Source: Ignavibacteria bacterium (GTDB taxonomy: Bacteria > Bacteroidota > Ignavibacteria > UBA10030 > SZUA-254). Taken from it: a stretch of 64,000 nucleotides of DNA. Shown here one piece after another: positions 10,482 through 21,760 of the stretch. The DNA lies in the NCBI GenBank assembly GCA_016178595.1, contig JACOSY010000029.1, positions 17,002 through 81,001 of the forward strand, written 5' to 3'. The translations under genes and the position numbers were made by a program. The notes under the pieces are model-generated. The model was not told the origin of the DNA and made no database searches. It saw only the letters and a list, made by a program, of their open reading frames with translations. How positions within the stretch are numbered: the first letter of the stretch is position 1; each line of letters opens with the position of its first letter.

Positions 10482-11278
10482 GGCAGAGTGTCCGAATACT
10501 CGTGCTGATGGTTGTTCTTTCCGCGATCTCGTTAGCCGGGAGAAGTGAACCTGATAGTACGATGATGAACGGTGATTCATCGGCGCAGTCAGAGCACGCG
10601 ACACTTAGTGTCCGCTCCGAGATTGACGGCGTGAGTGTGTATGTTGATTCGGAATTGGTAGGAATCACCCCGCTCGATCGGTGTCCGATCATGGAGGGAA
10701 CGCACATCCTGCGCTTCATTCATCCAGAGGCGCAGCGCTGGCTGAATGCGGCAGTCGTAGAGACACTGCTCGTACATCCGGCAGAGCAGATTAGTCGAAC
10801 GGCCGCCTTTCCCGAGTTTTTTTACATTACGTCACAACCGTTTGGCGCGACAGTTCGAGCAGATGGCAGAGTGCTTGGTGAGACGCCGCTCTACCTGCCG
10901 TCGAGTGGCGCACCCTCATTCGTGATGCTCTCGAAAGACGGTTTCAGGGAAGCAACAGTGCCGGTTACCGGCTCGCTCAATATATCCTTGCAACCGCTTG
11001 ATGGGACTGCGCTCGCGGGTCTAGGGTCAGTTTTCCTCTCGACAAACCAGACGAAGAGTTCGCTGCCGATTTACCTTACCTCGGCAGCAACCGTCATCGC
11101 AGGTGCTGCGGCTGCCTACTTCAAAATAAAGGCGGACAATGCTTACAGCGACTACCGACAGAACGGCGACCAATCGAGCCTTGATCGCATTCACCACAAC
11201 GATGCGATTTCGGGAGTTGCCCTCGTCGCTTGCGAGGTGAACATCCTCGCTCTCACGTTTTTCCTGTTTTCGCGGTAG
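10478..11278 (+). CDS. PEGA-domain membrane protein
   Basis: LSVRSEIDGVSVYVDSELVGITPL and ITSQPFGATVRADGRVLGETPL are PEGA-like; C-terminal hydrophobic helices. Confidence 0.75.
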   Translation: MRQSVRILVLMVVLSAISLAGRSEPDSTMMNGDSSAQSEHATLSVRSEIDGVSVYVDSELVGITPLDRCPIMEGTHILRFIHPEAQRWLNAAVVETLLVHPAEQISRTAAFPEFFYITSQPFGATVRADGRVLGETPLYLPSSGAPSFVMLSKDGFREATVPVTGSLNISLQPLDGTALAGLGSVFLSTNQTKSSLPIYLTSAATVIAGAAAAYFKIKADNAYSDYRQNGDQSSLDRIHHNDAISGVALVACEVNILALTFFLFSR

Positions 11279-11308
11279 CAAAAACATCACCTTCATCAAG
11301 TCATATAC

Positions 11309-11337
11309 TTGACTTTCAGTCACATCAACGCTATATT
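11309..11337 (+). promoter_or_regulatory. Sigma70-like promoter upstream of the crp-like gene
   Basis: TTGACT-17 nt-TATATT. Confidence 0.65.
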
Positions 11338-11400
11338 ACTTGTCAAAATCGTAAAATTTCATGAAAAGCGATTCATTCATAGACGAAAGCGGATGTTGAC

Positions 11401-12129
11401 ATGAACCTGCCAAGTGTAGCACCAGGCCAGCCGCTCACCTCCGATCTCGGAGAAGCGATGGAATTCATCCGGAACGTACCCATTTTTAGTGAGATCGAGG
11501 CGAGTGAACTCGCTAAAATTGTCCGTGTCGGTGTGCGCAAGAAGTACAAGAAAGGAAGCATCATCCTGCTTGAGGAGGAAACCGGCGCTGCGCTGTTTGT
11601 GATCATTTCCGGCAAGGTGAAAATCGTTCGGACGGATGACGACGGTCGTGAGGTGATCCTTTCCATCCTCGGCGAAAACGATTTCTTCGGTGAGATGTCC
11701 ATTCTCGATGGACTTGCACGGTCTGCGAGCGTTGTTGCTATTACGAAGACAGAACTCTTCATGATTCACCGCCGCGACTTCCTCAAGTTGCTGCAGGATG
11801 TTCCGGCAGTAGCGGTCTCGCTCCTCAAGGAGCTAACGATGCGCCTGCGGAAAGCCGACGCGCAGATAAAAAGTCTCTCACTCAAAGATGCAGCGGGGCG
11901 TGTTGCGAACGTCATCCTCCAGCTTGCCGATGACATCGGTACTATCCGCAAAGGACGCGTGGAGATCGATGAGCTCCCGTTGCAACAGGATCTTGCAAAC
12001 ATGGCCGGTACCTCTCGCGAAACCATTTCTCGCGTGGTCCACATGTTCATCAAGAAGAACCATCTTGAGCTGCAGGGCAACAAGCTCATCATTAATGATT
12101 ACGAAAAATTCAAGAGTCTCTACACCTGA
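11401..12129 (+). CDS. Crp/Fnr-family transcriptional regulator
   Basis: cNMP-binding domain (FFGEMSILDGLARSASV) plus HTH (QQDLANMAGTSRETISR). The true start may be ATG 11458. Confidence 0.95.
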   Translation: MNLPSVAPGQPLTSDLGEAMEFIRNVPIFSEIEASELAKIVRVGVRKKYKKGSIILLEEETGAALFVIISGKVKIVRTDDDGREVILSILGENDFFGEMSILDGLARSASVVAITKTELFMIHRRDFLKLLQDVPAVAVSLLKELTMRLRKADAQIKSLSLKDAAGRVANVILQLADDIGTIRKGRVEIDELPLQQDLANMAGTSRETISRVVHMFIKKNHLELQGNKLIINDYEKFKSLYT

Positions 12130-12196
12130 TCGCGAACAGTTGCACTGCGAAAACGAGCCTATCTCGAAGACTCTGATGTGACAGAGGGAGAATAGT

Positions 12197-13027
12197 GTGG
12201 ACGGACGAGCGGACCTTCATTTACATACGACATATTCCGATGGCTCTCTCTCACCCGCTGATCTGGTTGCCAAGGTGAAGAATGCCGGACTGAGCATCAT
12301 CAGTATTACCGATCATGACAGCGTTGGTGCCATCGACGAAGCGATACGAATCGGAAAAGAGCTTGGTGTGGAAGTTATTCCGGGGATGGAGTTGAGTGCA
12401 TCGTACCAGCATATGGAAGTCCACATCCTCGGCTACTTCATGGATTACACGAACAGGGCGCTCCAAGAATCGCTCGCCATCTTCCGTGAAAACCGGCTGA
12501 AGCGAATTGCGCGCATCGTCGACAAGCTCAACCGAATGAATATTCCCCTGACGATGGAGTCAGTGCTCGCGAATGCAACCGGTGACTCCGTCGGTCGGCC
12601 CCATGTCGCAAACGCACTTGTGAACGAGGGACATGTGAATTCTTACCATCAAGCGTTTAACAAGTATTTGGCGGATGGCCGTCCAGCCTATGAGAAGAAA
12701 GACGAGTTCTCCCTTGAAGATACCGTTCAACTCATCGCACAGGCTGGCGGGCTTTCGTTCCTTGCTCACCCAGGACGTGTTGTCGATGAGACGCTCATTT
12801 TCCAGCTCATCAAGATCGGTCTTGATGGTATCGAAGTGAAGCATCCAAGCCACACGCCGGATTTGGAGAAACACTACCGTGGCATTGTCAACGAGTATTT
12901 TCTTCTTGAAAGCGGCGGCTCCGACTTTCATGGTGGCATGAAGAAAGATGATCATCTTCTTGGCAATATCTCAATTCCTGTTGCAGCCGTGGACGACATG
13001 CGCCGTCGGTTGTTTGCACGAGACTGA
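12197..13027 (+). CDS. PHP-domain metal-dependent phosphoesterase (TrpH/YciV-like)
   Basis: [42 protein letters not shown]. Confidence 0.92.
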   Translation: MDGRADLHLHTTYSDGSLSPADLVAKVKNAGLSIISITDHDSVGAIDEAIRIGKELGVEVIPGMELSASYQHMEVHILGYFMDYTNRALQESLAIFRENRLKRIARIVDKLNRMNIPLTMESVLANATGDSVGRPHVANALVNEGHVNSYHQAFNKYLADGRPAYEKKDEFSLEDTVQLIAQAGGLSFLAHPGRVVDETLIFQLIKIGLDGIEVKHPSHTPDLEKHYRGIVNEYFLLESGGSDFHGGMKKDDHLLGNISIPVAAVDDMRRRLFARD

Positions 13028-13055
13028 TCTCATCACATCGGGTACTCAACATCCA

Positions 13056-13544
13056 ATGCCAAACATTATTGAAGGGAACCTTTCTGCAGCGCCCTACAGC
13101 TTTGCGCTCGTGGTCAGTCGCTTCAACGACTTCATCACGCGGCGTCTGACCGACGGTGCACTCGATTGTCTTCGTCGGCACGGGGCCAACGAGAAAACGA
13201 TCGATGTCGTGTACTGTCCGGGTGCGTTTGAGATTCCACGTGTAGCGCAGCAACTCGCCTCCTCAGGCAACTATAATGCCGTCATCTGTTTGGGTTGCGT
13301 CATCCGTGGTGAGACACCGCACTTTGATTATGTTGCAAGTGCAGTCAGTAGCGGCATAGAGCGTGTGGCATTGGCATCGAAGATCCCGATCATATTCGGA
13401 GTCCTCACAACGAACACTCTCGATCAAGCAATCGAGCGTGCCGGTTCCAAAGAAGGAAATAAAGGATGGAATGCTGCACTGGCAGCAATAGAGATGGCAG
13501 ACCTTCAGAAAAAGATTTCCGGCACACAACACCATAAGAAGTAG
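13056..13544 (+). CDS. ribH: 6,7-dimethyl-8-ribityllumazine synthase
   Basis: [48 protein letters not shown]. Confidence 0.97.
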   Translation: MPNIIEGNLSAAPYSFALVVSRFNDFITRRLTDGALDCLRRHGANEKTIDVVYCPGAFEIPRVAQQLASSGNYNAVICLGCVIRGETPHFDYVASAVSSGIERVALASKIPIIFGVLTTNTLDQAIERAGSKEGNKGWNAALAAIEMADLQKKISGTQHHKK

Positions 13545-13562
13545 TCGTGAAAGAATGAAAGC

Positions 13563-15923
13563 GTGAGTGAGCGGGTGGGACGATCGCGGCGGGGCTGGGT
13601 CCGAATCGTGTCTGCGATTGCAGTAACTACTGTTGTGGTCTGTCATGCTGACGCGCAATGGAACACATACACGATGAAGCGCGACGTGCGCGATCTTGCC
13701 TTGGGCAGCGACTCGACCTTATGGGTTGCAACGAGCGGTGGGCTGTTCTCATTCCACTTCGCCGAAAGTATGTACCAGCAATTCACCACCTCGGAGGGTT
13801 TACGATCCGTCGATCTTTCGGCGGTGACGGTGGATAATGAAGGTACAGTCTGGATCGGTGCAACAAATGGTTTTCTTCATCGCTATAACCCTGCGACGCG
13901 TACATGGCAGTATATAACCGATATCTCCGGGCGTCGGGATCCGCAAAAGCGCATCAATAGACTTCGGGTACGCGGCGATACGCTGATCATTCTCTCCGAC
14001 ATCGGCGCGAGCTTCTTCTCGATTTCACGGATGGAATTCGGCGATACCTATATGCAGTACGGCTCAGGGTCTTCGATGATCGATGGCGACGTGACGGATT
14101 TTGAGATGTTCGACGGAAGGATGTGGATCAGTACACGAACCGGAATTGCATCAACCGCAACGACTAATCCCAATCCCGCCGTTCCTGAATCATGGCAAGT
14201 CTATACTCTCATACAGGGGCTTCCTTCAATATCAGTCACGGGACTGGCGATCCTTGATACCGCGCTCTACGCATCCACTGCAGCAGGGCTTGCAATATTC
14301 TCCGGATCATCTTCGTCGTGGAGTACCGTTGCCGGGACGGCAGGACTCAATATTCTCGACATCTCGGATGAGTTGTCACAAGCCGCGGGCTGCGGTCGCG
14401 TGCTCGAGTTTATAACGCGATTCGATTCCCTGCAGATATTACGACGTTCGGAACTCTGGTCGTATGCAACGACCGGATCGGTGACACGATTGAGCGCAGC
14501 CTTTCCGTCCTTCCTTTCGGCTATTTCTCACGAAGGTATTTTAGGATCCCAAGCATCTGGAGCGATTGTGTACAACGCATGTCCGAATGATACGATGTCG
14601 GAAGTTGGAATTGTGAGTGTGCTCGTTCCTCCAGGCCCGCTATCAAACAAGTTCATCGGCATTGCAACCGATAAACGCGGCGTCGTGTGGTCTGCTACTG
14701 GAGCAGCTAATGGAGAAGGGTTCATGAGTTTTGATGGAGCGACGTGGAGACAGTACACCGTGTCGTTAGATCCACGGCTGAGCTCGAATGATTTCTATAA
14801 GGTCTCAATCGGCGCAAACGATTCCAAGTGGATATCGAACTTTGGATATGGTGCTGCCCTTCTCGACGACCGAGGCGAGCTTCAGCGGATGTTGAATGCA
14901 ACGAACGGACTTTTACCTACAGTCGATCCCGGCTTTGTTGTTATCGGTGGTGTTGCAACTGACCGCAATGGTGTTGCTTGGATAACCGACCGGACGCCAC
15001 CGGGGGATACAAGTATTGTGCTCTTTAAGCCCGATTCATCGTTTGATTACGTTGTCGGTTGTGGTCCGGGCTGTTCAACGCGAAGGCCCTCTGCTATCCT
15101 TTCGGATGTTGTCATTGATGAATATGGAACGAAGTGGTTTCCAAATTTCAGTCGATTCGAGCCATTTGTTCCGGATCGTTTTTCCGGTTTTTTGTATTAT
15201 AACGAGAATGTCGCACTTCCCGGGACAAGCGGTGGCTGGGGGCGACTCACTACCAGCGATGGGTTGACAAGCGTACAAGTCTGGTCGGTTGCCGTGGATC
15301 GTGATGGCGCCGTGTGGGTTGGAACAGATCAAGGCATCTCTATCATTTTTAATCCCACGAATCCACGGGCAGGGATTGCAGCCTATCGTCCGCCTCTTAA
15401 CGAGGTGATCCAGGGAATCGTCGTTGATCCGCTGAATAACAAATGGGTCGCGACGAAGCGAGGTGTCTTCGTTCTTTCACCCGACGGCACGTCAATTCTC
15501 GATCACTATACAGTGGAAAATACAGACGGTAAGCTGCTCGATAACGACGTTGCATCCATTGCGATGGATCGTGAGCGTGGCATAATGTATTTCGGTACGG
15601 AAAAAGGATTGACGAGTCTGACAACTTCGGCGGTCGAACCGAAGCGCTCGTTCGACGAATTATCGTTCGCACCAAACCCATTCCATGTTCCATCCCCTTC
15701 AACTGTGATGGTAGACGGACTTGTAGCAGGATCGACGTTGAAGATACTTAGCATTGATGGGAACCTCATCCGAGAGATCAGGACTCCGGGGGGACGCATC
15801 GGGTTCTGGGATGGACGGGATGAGCGGGGCTATCTTGTATCCACAGGAGTTTATATCGTCGTCGCATATTCAGAAGATGGATCGAAAGTCGCGAAAGGGA
15901 AACTTGCCGTAATCCGCAACTAG
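13563..15923 (+). CDS. PorZ-like T9SS-associated beta-propeller protein with C-terminal sorting domain
   Basis: Two-component-propeller repeats (LWVATSGGL, VWIGATNG, VWVGTDQGI, MYFGTEKGLTS); CTD-like end SFAPNPF...WDGRD...STGVYIV...KLAVIR. Confidence 0.75.
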   Translation: MSERVGRSRRGWVRIVSAIAVTTVVVCHADAQWNTYTMKRDVRDLALGSDSTLWVATSGGLFSFHFAESMYQQFTTSEGLRSVDLSAVTVDNEGTVWIGATNGFLHRYNPATRTWQYITDISGRRDPQKRINRLRVRGDTLIILSDIGASFFSISRMEFGDTYMQYGSGSSMIDGDVTDFEMFDGRMWISTRTGIASTATTNPNPAVPESWQVYTLIQGLPSISVTGLAILDTALYASTAAGLAIFSGSSSSWSTVAGTAGLNILDISDELSQAAGCGRVLEFITRFDSLQILRRSELWSYATTGSVTRLSAAFPSFLSAISHEGILGSQASGAIVYNACPNDTMSEVGIVSVLVPPGPLSNKFIGIATDKRGVVWSATGAANGEGFMSFDGATWRQYTVSLDPRLSSNDFYKVSIGANDSKWISNFGYGAALLDDRGELQRMLNATNGLLPTVDPGFVVIGGVATDRNGVAWITDRTPPGDTSIVLFKPDSSFDYVVGCGPGCSTRRPSAILSDVVIDEYGTKWFPNFSRFEPFVPDRFSGFLYYNENVALPGTSGGWGRLTTSDGLTSVQVWSVAVDRDGAVWVGTDQGISIIFNPTNPRAGIAAYRPPLNEVIQGIVVDPLNNKWVATKRGVFVLSPDGTSILDHYTVENTDGKLLDNDVASIAMDRERGIMYFGTEKGLTSLTTSAVEPKRSFDELSFAPNPFHVPSPSTVMVDGLVAGSTLKILSIDGNLIREIRTPGGRIGFWDGRDERGYLVSTGVYIVVAYSEDGSKVAKGKLAVIRN

Positions 15924-16008
15924 ATGCCGGCTGAATCATGTGACACTGACGACGTGAAGTAGATGAAATCGAACCACTAAACCGCCACATCCACCATTCA
16001 CAAGGAAG

Positions 16009-16293
16009 GTGAAGATGGACCAACTCGATACCATAAACAATGAGAATTTATTCTCGCGGAGAGTTCGTGCGGGTAAACGCACGTACTTCTTCGACGTTAG
16101 GGCAACCAGGTCGGCCAGGGATTTTTACGTCATTATCACCGAAAGCCGCCGCATTGGAGAGAAGCAGTATGAAAAGCACAAGCTTTTCCTCTACAAGGAG
16201 GATTTTCAGAAATTCACCGATGCATTGACGGAAACAATCGGGACCATCGAGCAAGAGTTCCTCTTGAAAGTTGAACACACTGCCGAGGCATAG
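16009..16293 (+). CDS. PUR-family ssDNA/RNA-binding protein (DUF3276-like)
   Basis: LFSRRVRAGKRTYFFDVRAT...YVIITES...HKLFLYKEDFQKF matches a PUR repeat. Confidence 0.85.
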   Translation: MKMDQLDTINNENLFSRRVRAGKRTYFFDVRATRSARDFYVIITESRRIGEKQYEKHKLFLYKEDFQKFTDALTETIGTIEQEFLLKVEHTAEA

Positions 16294-16367
16294 TTCAAGA
16301 CGTTGCGTACGACTACCTTCGAATTCCTTGCCCAGCGTGCTGCCTATTTGTGCTCGGTGGGGGCATA

Positions 16368-17030
16368 ATGGCGCTTCAGCAGGTTACAACAACCATCATC
16401 AATTTCCAAACGCCTGATTTGACGGAACGCGCCGTTGGATCATTTCGGCAGCACTATCCGCGCGTACCGCTCTTGCTCATCGATAATGGTTCGCGCGATA
16501 GGAGCGCCGTAGTTTTACAACGGCTGCAGGCAGAGTCGCCGGGTTTGACCGAGCTTCTTCTCAACGAACACAACCTCCACCACGGACCTGCAATGGACCA
16601 GGCGCTCCGGCATCTGCAATCGCCGTTCATACTCTTCCTCGATTCCGATTGCGAAGTGAAGAAGAAAGGATTCATTGAATCGATGCTTGTTCGACTCACG
16701 GAGACTCCCGGTCATTATATTATCGGCAAGCGAATCTTTATGAACAAGCGTGGCTTCGATATACCGGAAAGCCCTTTAGCGATTCCTTATATTCGTCCCG
16801 TCTGCATGCTCGTAAGACGAGAATTGTATCTGACACTACCGCCGTTTCAGCGACACGGCACGCCGTGTCTTCTCAACATGCGCGAAGCAACCGGTCGCGG
16901 GTTAACTCTCCTGCCCTTCCCTGTTGATGAGTACATCTATCATGAAGGCCGTGGTACTGCAGGAAGACATGGCTATAAATTAGGATGGAGAGGGAAGCTG
17001 AACCATGTGCTGAATCGATTAGGTCTTTAG
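16368..17030 (+). CDS. Glycosyltransferase family 2
   Basis: IINFQT, LIDNGSRD, HHGPAMDQAL, FLDSDC (DxD). Confidence 0.85.
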   Translation: MALQQVTTTIINFQTPDLTERAVGSFRQHYPRVPLLLIDNGSRDRSAVVLQRLQAESPGLTELLLNEHNLHHGPAMDQALRHLQSPFILFLDSDCEVKKKGFIESMLVRLTETPGHYIIGKRIFMNKRGFDIPESPLAIPYIRPVCMLVRRELYLTLPPFQRHGTPCLLNMREATGRGLTLLPFPVDEYIYHEGRGTAGRHGYKLGWRGKLNHVLNRLGL

Positions 17031-17068
17031 TTTCGCCTGAAGCCTTGTTTTGCATCCGTCAAAATACC

Positions 17069-17097
17069 TTGACTCTCCCTCCCTTTTTTTCTATATT
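17069..17097 (+). promoter_or_regulatory. Sigma70-like promoter of the yceD-rpmF-plsX-fab operon
   Basis: TTGACT-17 nt-TATATT, the same hexamers as at 11309. Confidence 0.65.
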
Positions 17098-17156
17098 GTA
17101 TCTGTTTTTCTCCGAAATCTGAGAGATTCTGTTGATTTTGAAGGAGGTTTGAGACT

Positions 17157-17684
17157 ATGACGAAGGAGAAGCCCACAGGTAGCGAGGTGAAGATTCGTGT
17201 ATCGGGTCTCTCCAATGGACTTCACGAGTATCATTTCTCTGCCGAACCATCGGTAATAGGTCTTGAGCCTAATTTCCGCTCTCCGGTAGAGATTGATGTT
17301 CGCCTGGACAAGATAACTCGTCAGATGTTCTTGCGAACGGTGATTCATACCTCGGGGCAGTTTCAGTGCGACCGGTGTCTTGATGAGTTCAATCAGAGAT
17401 TATCCACCGAGTACTCTATGTTCTACACCTACGATGAGATTGACGCAACAAAGTACCCGGAGGATGAAGTGACGATTCTGCAACCCGACCAAGTCTTCAT
17501 TGATGCAACGGAAGACGTCCGGCAGATGGTAATGCTTGCGGTACCGCTGAAGTTGCTCTGCCGCGAAGCGTGTAAAGGGCTCTGCCCGCATTGTGGTGCG
17601 AACTGGAACAGTGCAGCGTGCAAATGTGAGGAAGAGACCATCGACCCGCGCTGGGAAAGTTTGCAAGGTTTGATTGACAATTAA
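17157..17684 (+). CDS. yceD: YceD/DUF177 family protein
   Basis: CDRCL ... [16 protein letters not shown]...DPRW; located upstream of rpmF. Confidence 0.92.
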   Translation: MTKEKPTGSEVKIRVSGLSNGLHEYHFSAEPSVIGLEPNFRSPVEIDVRLDKITRQMFLRTVIHTSGQFQCDRCLDEFNQRLSTEYSMFYTYDEIDATKYPEDEVTILQPDQVFIDATEDVRQMVMLAVPLKLLCREACKGLCPHCGANWNSAACKCEEETIDPRWESLQGLIDN

Positions 17685-17704
17685 CTATTAAAGAAAGAGA
17701 ACCC

Positions 17705-17887
17705 ATGCCTAATCCAAAACGACGACATTCGAAATCTCGCGGAGCCAAGCGCCGGACTCACTATAAAGCGACCCGGCCCTCGGTCGCTGAATGCCCGAAC
17801 TGCCACGAACAAAAGCTTCTGCATCGAGCATGCCCGAACTGTGGCTACTACAATGGGCGCTCCATCGTTATTCCCAAAGAATCCTGA
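17705..17887 (+). CDS. rpmF: 50S ribosomal protein L32 (Zn-ribbon form)
   Basis: [12 protein letters not shown]...CPNC...[10 protein letters not shown]. Confidence 0.97.
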   Translation: MPNPKRRHSKSRGAKRRTHYKATRPSVAECPNCHEQKLLHRACPNCGYYNGRSIVIPKES

Positions 17888-17996
17888 GTTTTGCCGAACT
17901 GAGTACCTCGTTGGTGCTCTTCATTGCCCTGCCTGCAAGCAGAAGCGATTTCTTCTGCATGTGGTGTGTTGATCGTGCCAAATCATTAAAGCCAGT

Positions 17997-19022
17997 TTGG
18001 AGACGGATAGTTCATACATACGGATTGCCGTGGATGCCGTGGGAGGAGACTATGCACCGCATAACGTTCTTGCCGGCGCACTTGATGCGTTACGCGATAC
18101 GGGGAACCGTTTTGAAGTGCTCTTCGTAGGTCCCGAAGACATGGTGCGCAGTGGCCTTGCAAAGATCGAGCACAATGGACTTGCCTACCAAATCGTCAAT
18201 GCAACACAAGTCATTGATATGCAGGATAGTGCGACGGCGGCGCTCAAACAGAAAAAGGATTCGTCCATTGCGGTCGGCATTACTCTCCACAAGGAAGGTC
18301 GTGCAGATGCATTCGTGAGCGCAGGGCACACCGGTGCAGTCATGTCGGCATCGACATTGATCCTTGGTCGAATTGAAGGTGTCAGTCGACCGACGATTGG
18401 CGCATTCTTACCGACAGAAAATGGCGTCTGTCTGTTGGTGGATGCCGGTGCGAATGTCGATTGCAAGTCCCAGCACTTGTACCAATTTGCAGTCATGGGG
18501 AGTATCTACTCACAGAAGATGCTTCACTTGCAGAATCCATCGGTCGGACTCTTGAGCATCGGAGAGGAAAGCTCCAAAGGAAACGACGCCACGCTCGAAG
18601 CACATAAGCTTCTCTCGCAGAGCAAGCTGAATTTTATCGGCAACGTTGAAGGTCGCGACATACTGAAGGGCAAAGCCAACGTTGTGGTGTGCGACGGTTT
18701 CGTGGGGAACGTTGTTCTGAAGTTTGCAGAAAGTGTCCTCGATCTCTTGAAAACGAAAATCCGTCGATACGCCGCTCACGGTATCATGCAGAAAGCCTGG
18801 GCCGGAATGATGGCAGGAACGCTGCGATCGATATTGAAAGACTTCGATTATCAGGAATACGGCGGCGTTCCCCTTCTTGGTGTGAACGGAGTCTCGATCA
18901 TCGGGCATGGAAAATCGACGCCAAAGGCAATCAAGAATATGATCCTCAAGGCGGAAGACATGGTGCGGAAGAATATCAACCGCAGCATCCGGGAAACGTT
19001 ACAGACAGTGCGAGGGTTATGA
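17997..19022 (+). CDS. plsX: Phosphate acyltransferase PlsX
   Basis: [63 protein letters not shown]. Confidence 0.97.
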   Translation: METDSSYIRIAVDAVGGDYAPHNVLAGALDALRDTGNRFEVLFVGPEDMVRSGLAKIEHNGLAYQIVNATQVIDMQDSATAALKQKKDSSIAVGITLHKEGRADAFVSAGHTGAVMSASTLILGRIEGVSRPTIGAFLPTENGVCLLVDAGANVDCKSQHLYQFAVMGSIYSQKMLHLQNPSVGLLSIGEESSKGNDATLEAHKLLSQSKLNFIGNVEGRDILKGKANVVVCDGFVGNVVLKFAESVLDLLKTKIRRYAAHGIMQKAWAGMMAGTLRSILKDFDYQEYGGVPLLGVNGVSIIGHGKSTPKAIKNMILKAEDMVRKNINRSIRETLQTVRGL

Positions 19023-20044
19023 GTACAGAGCACGAGATGCGCAGACGCGCAGCGATCACTGCGGTTGGACACTATGTTCCCGACAAGATACTCTCGAATT
19101 TCGACCTCGAGAAAATGGTCGCTACCACTGACGAGTGGATCCGTACGCGAACCGGCATTCGGGAACGGCGCATCATCGAGCATGGTGCGACATCCGATAT
19201 GGCCGCAAAGGCAATTGAGATGTTGATTGTGAACCGTGGCATCTCGGTGGAGGAAATCGACCTTATCGTTGTTGCAACAGTCACGCCGGATATGTTCTTC
19301 CCCTCAACAGCGTGTCTTGTCCAGCAAAAGATCGGCGCAAAGAAAGCGTGGGGGTTCGATCTCTCAGGAGCTTGTTCCGGCTTCATCTATGCGCTGGTTA
19401 CGGGTGCACAGTTCATCGAGGCCGGCACATACAAGAAAGTTGTCGTGGTCGGATCCGACAAAATGAGCGCGATTACCGATTATAGTGATCGCAATACGTG
19501 CATACTTTTTGGCGATGCGGCGGCGGCAGTTCTCCTGGAGCCGAGCAATGATCCGGCTTTTGGCATCATCGATCACAGGCTCTACTCCGACGGATCGGGT
19601 GCGCCGTATCTCTACATGAAGGGCGGCGGCAGTCTCAATCCACCGACGCATGAAACGGTCGACAAGAACATGCACACACTTTACCAGGATGGAAAGGCGG
19701 TGTTTAAAGTTGCCGTGATCGGTATGGCGGATGTTTCCGAAGAAATCATGAAGGCGAACAACCTTACGGGCAAGGATATCGACTACCTCGTGCCGCACCA
19801 GGCAAACTTGCGCATCATCGATGCATGCCGCGAGCGCATGGGACTTGATCCATCGAAAGTCATGATCAATATCGATAAGTACGGCAACACCACCGCGGCG
19901 ACAATTCCACTCTGTCTGTCCGAGTGGTGGCATTGTGGGAAACTCAAGCGCGGTCACACGCTTGTCCTTTCAAGCTTCGGCGCGGGGTACACGTGGGGCG
20001 CCGTTCTCGTAAAATGGTCGGTCAATAATCCGAACAAGCCGTGA
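19019..20044 (+). CDS. fabH: 3-oxoacyl-ACP synthase III
   Basis: [25 protein letters not shown] (Cys), PHQANLRII (His), [10 protein letters not shown] (Asn), [11 protein letters not shown] 19019 overlaps the plsX stop. Confidence 0.97.
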   Translation: MSTEHEMRRRAAITAVGHYVPDKILSNFDLEKMVATTDEWIRTRTGIRERRIIEHGATSDMAAKAIEMLIVNRGISVEEIDLIVVATVTPDMFFPSTACLVQQKIGAKKAWGFDLSGACSGFIYALVTGAQFIEAGTYKKVVVVGSDKMSAITDYSDRNTCILFGDAAAAVLLEPSNDPAFGIIDHRLYSDGSGAPYLYMKGGGSLNPPTHETVDKNMHTLYQDGKAVFKVAVIGMADVSEEIMKANNLTGKDIDYLVPHQANLRIIDACRERMGLDPSKVMINIDKYGNTTAATIPLCLSEWWHCGKLKRGHTLVLSSFGAGYTWGAVLVKWSVNNPNKP

Positions 20045-20831
20045 AAATGTCAAAGCACACGATACCAAACCTTTTGGAGAACGCTCTTTTTGCTATGTTT
20101 CTGATCATTGGAACAGACGGGTGCAAGCAGGCTACTCAACCGACGACTACGCCGGGGCGAGCAAGTGATTACTTCCCCCTAGCGAAGGGAAATACTTGGG
20201 TGTACGATCAAACTCTAACTTATCAAGGATATGATACAACATTTGTATTTATTGATACAGTAAGGATTGACAGCCTTTTTTTCTCGATAGTACCAAGTGG
20301 TATCATGCAAGTGGACTTTTTCAGCCTATTTTTCTGTTTGCTGGGATTGAAGTACCCCCGTATATGGGGGGAAGCCTCTCAACGAATGATAACAAAGTAG
20401 TGGCAATCGTGCCTGCTATTCCGGATCCGCGAGTAAGGTGGGAAGTGACATTACTTGACTTGCCACTGACGATCAGCAAACATTGGTATAGTAGATACAC
20501 TGATACGGTGATTGACGCTAATGGAGGATTGTGGTACCATAGCGTCGAGAAGATAAAGCGGTCAGTTCATGGATATGACTGTGTCACAACACCAGCCGGT
20601 CACTTTCAATGCGTACAGATTGAGGATAGTACAATTGTTTATAAATCGTCACCCTACTCATGTCGATTCTGTGATTCGAGCGTGGTTATCACCAATGAAT
20701 GGTATGCCTTGTCGATTGGCATGGTAAAGCAAACTGTCCGAGCAACATATCAAACAAGCTCTGGCTCATACACTCAAAATATTGATCGAACAAATACATT
20801 GCGCAGCTATAACCTTCAGTTGAGCAACTAA
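20041..20831 (+). pseudogene. AT-rich putative lipoprotein gene split by a frameshift at a T7 tract (20276-20282); two ORFs, 20041-20400 and 20364-20831
   Basis: GCKQATQP...DYFPLAKGNTWVY N-terminus. A -1 shift at CTT TTT TTC joins ...VRIDSLFF to LDSTKWYHASG...; the downstream frame is open from 20271 to 20831. Confidence 0.7.
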
Positions 20832-21754
20832 TGTCCAAACTCGCCTACATCTTCCCAGGTCAAGGCTCCCAATATGTGGGGATGGGAAAGGATTTGTACG
20901 AATCAAGTCCGGTCGCAAAGGAATTCTTTGAACATGCAGACAGGATTCTTGGCATTCCGCTCAGCAAGATTTGTTTCGAGGGACCGGATGACGAGTTAAA
21001 GCAGACGAAAAGCACTCAGCCGGCAATATTCCTTCACAGTATTGTTCTAACGAAGTTGATGGAAGGAAATGATAATGCTCGGATGGTTGCGGGTCATTCG
21101 CTCGGAGAATACTCGGCGCTTGTCTATGCCGGCGCGATGCAGTTTGAAGACGGATTGCGACTCGTTCGGCTGCGCGGGGAGTTGATGCAGCGTGCCGGAG
21201 AAGAACAGAAAGGAACGATGGCGGCAGTCGTGGGATTGGAACATGATGTGCTTGTCGATATTTGCCGCGAAGCGAGTGCGGCAGGTATTGTGCAATGTGC
21301 GAACTTCAACTCGCCGGGCCAAATTGTGATCAGCGGATCCGTCGATGGCGTTCGAAAAGCAATGGAACTGGCGAAAGCACGCGGCGCAAAGTTAGTAAAG
21401 GAATTGATCGTGAGCGGCGCATTCCATTCACCGCTGATGCAAAGCGCACGCGATCGATTCACATCGGCGCTCACACGCGTAGCTATCAAGGATGCCCGCA
21501 TTCCCGTCTATGCGAACGTAACAGCACGTCCAGTGCAAAAAGCAGAGGAAATTCGTACATTACTGGAAGAACAACTGACAAGTCCCGTTCGATGGGAAGA
21601 ATCCATCCAACAAATGATTGCCGACGGGGCAACGGCATTTGTAGAGATTGGTCCAGGTAAGGTACTTCAGGGATTATTGAAGCGGATCGACGGCACTGCA
21701 GAGGTTCGCGGCATTGACAAGGCTGCAGACATTATATCATCCATAACAGTGTAA
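20831..21754 (+). CDS. fabD: Malonyl-CoA:ACP transacylase
   Basis: IFPGQGSQYVGMG, TQPAI, GHSLGEY, NFNSPGQIVISG, VSGAFHS, VEIGPG. Confidence 0.97.
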   Translation: MSKLAYIFPGQGSQYVGMGKDLYESSPVAKEFFEHADRILGIPLSKICFEGPDDELKQTKSTQPAIFLHSIVLTKLMEGNDNARMVAGHSLGEYSALVYAGAMQFEDGLRLVRLRGELMQRAGEEQKGTMAAVVGLEHDVLVDICREASAAGIVQCANFNSPGQIVISGSVDGVRKAMELAKARGAKLVKELIVSGAFHSPLMQSARDRFTSALTRVAIKDARIPVYANVTARPVQKAEEIRTLLEEQLTSPVRWEESIQQMIADGATAFVEIGPGKVLQGLLKRIDGTAEVRGIDKAADIISSITV

Positions 21755-21760
21755 GCTATC

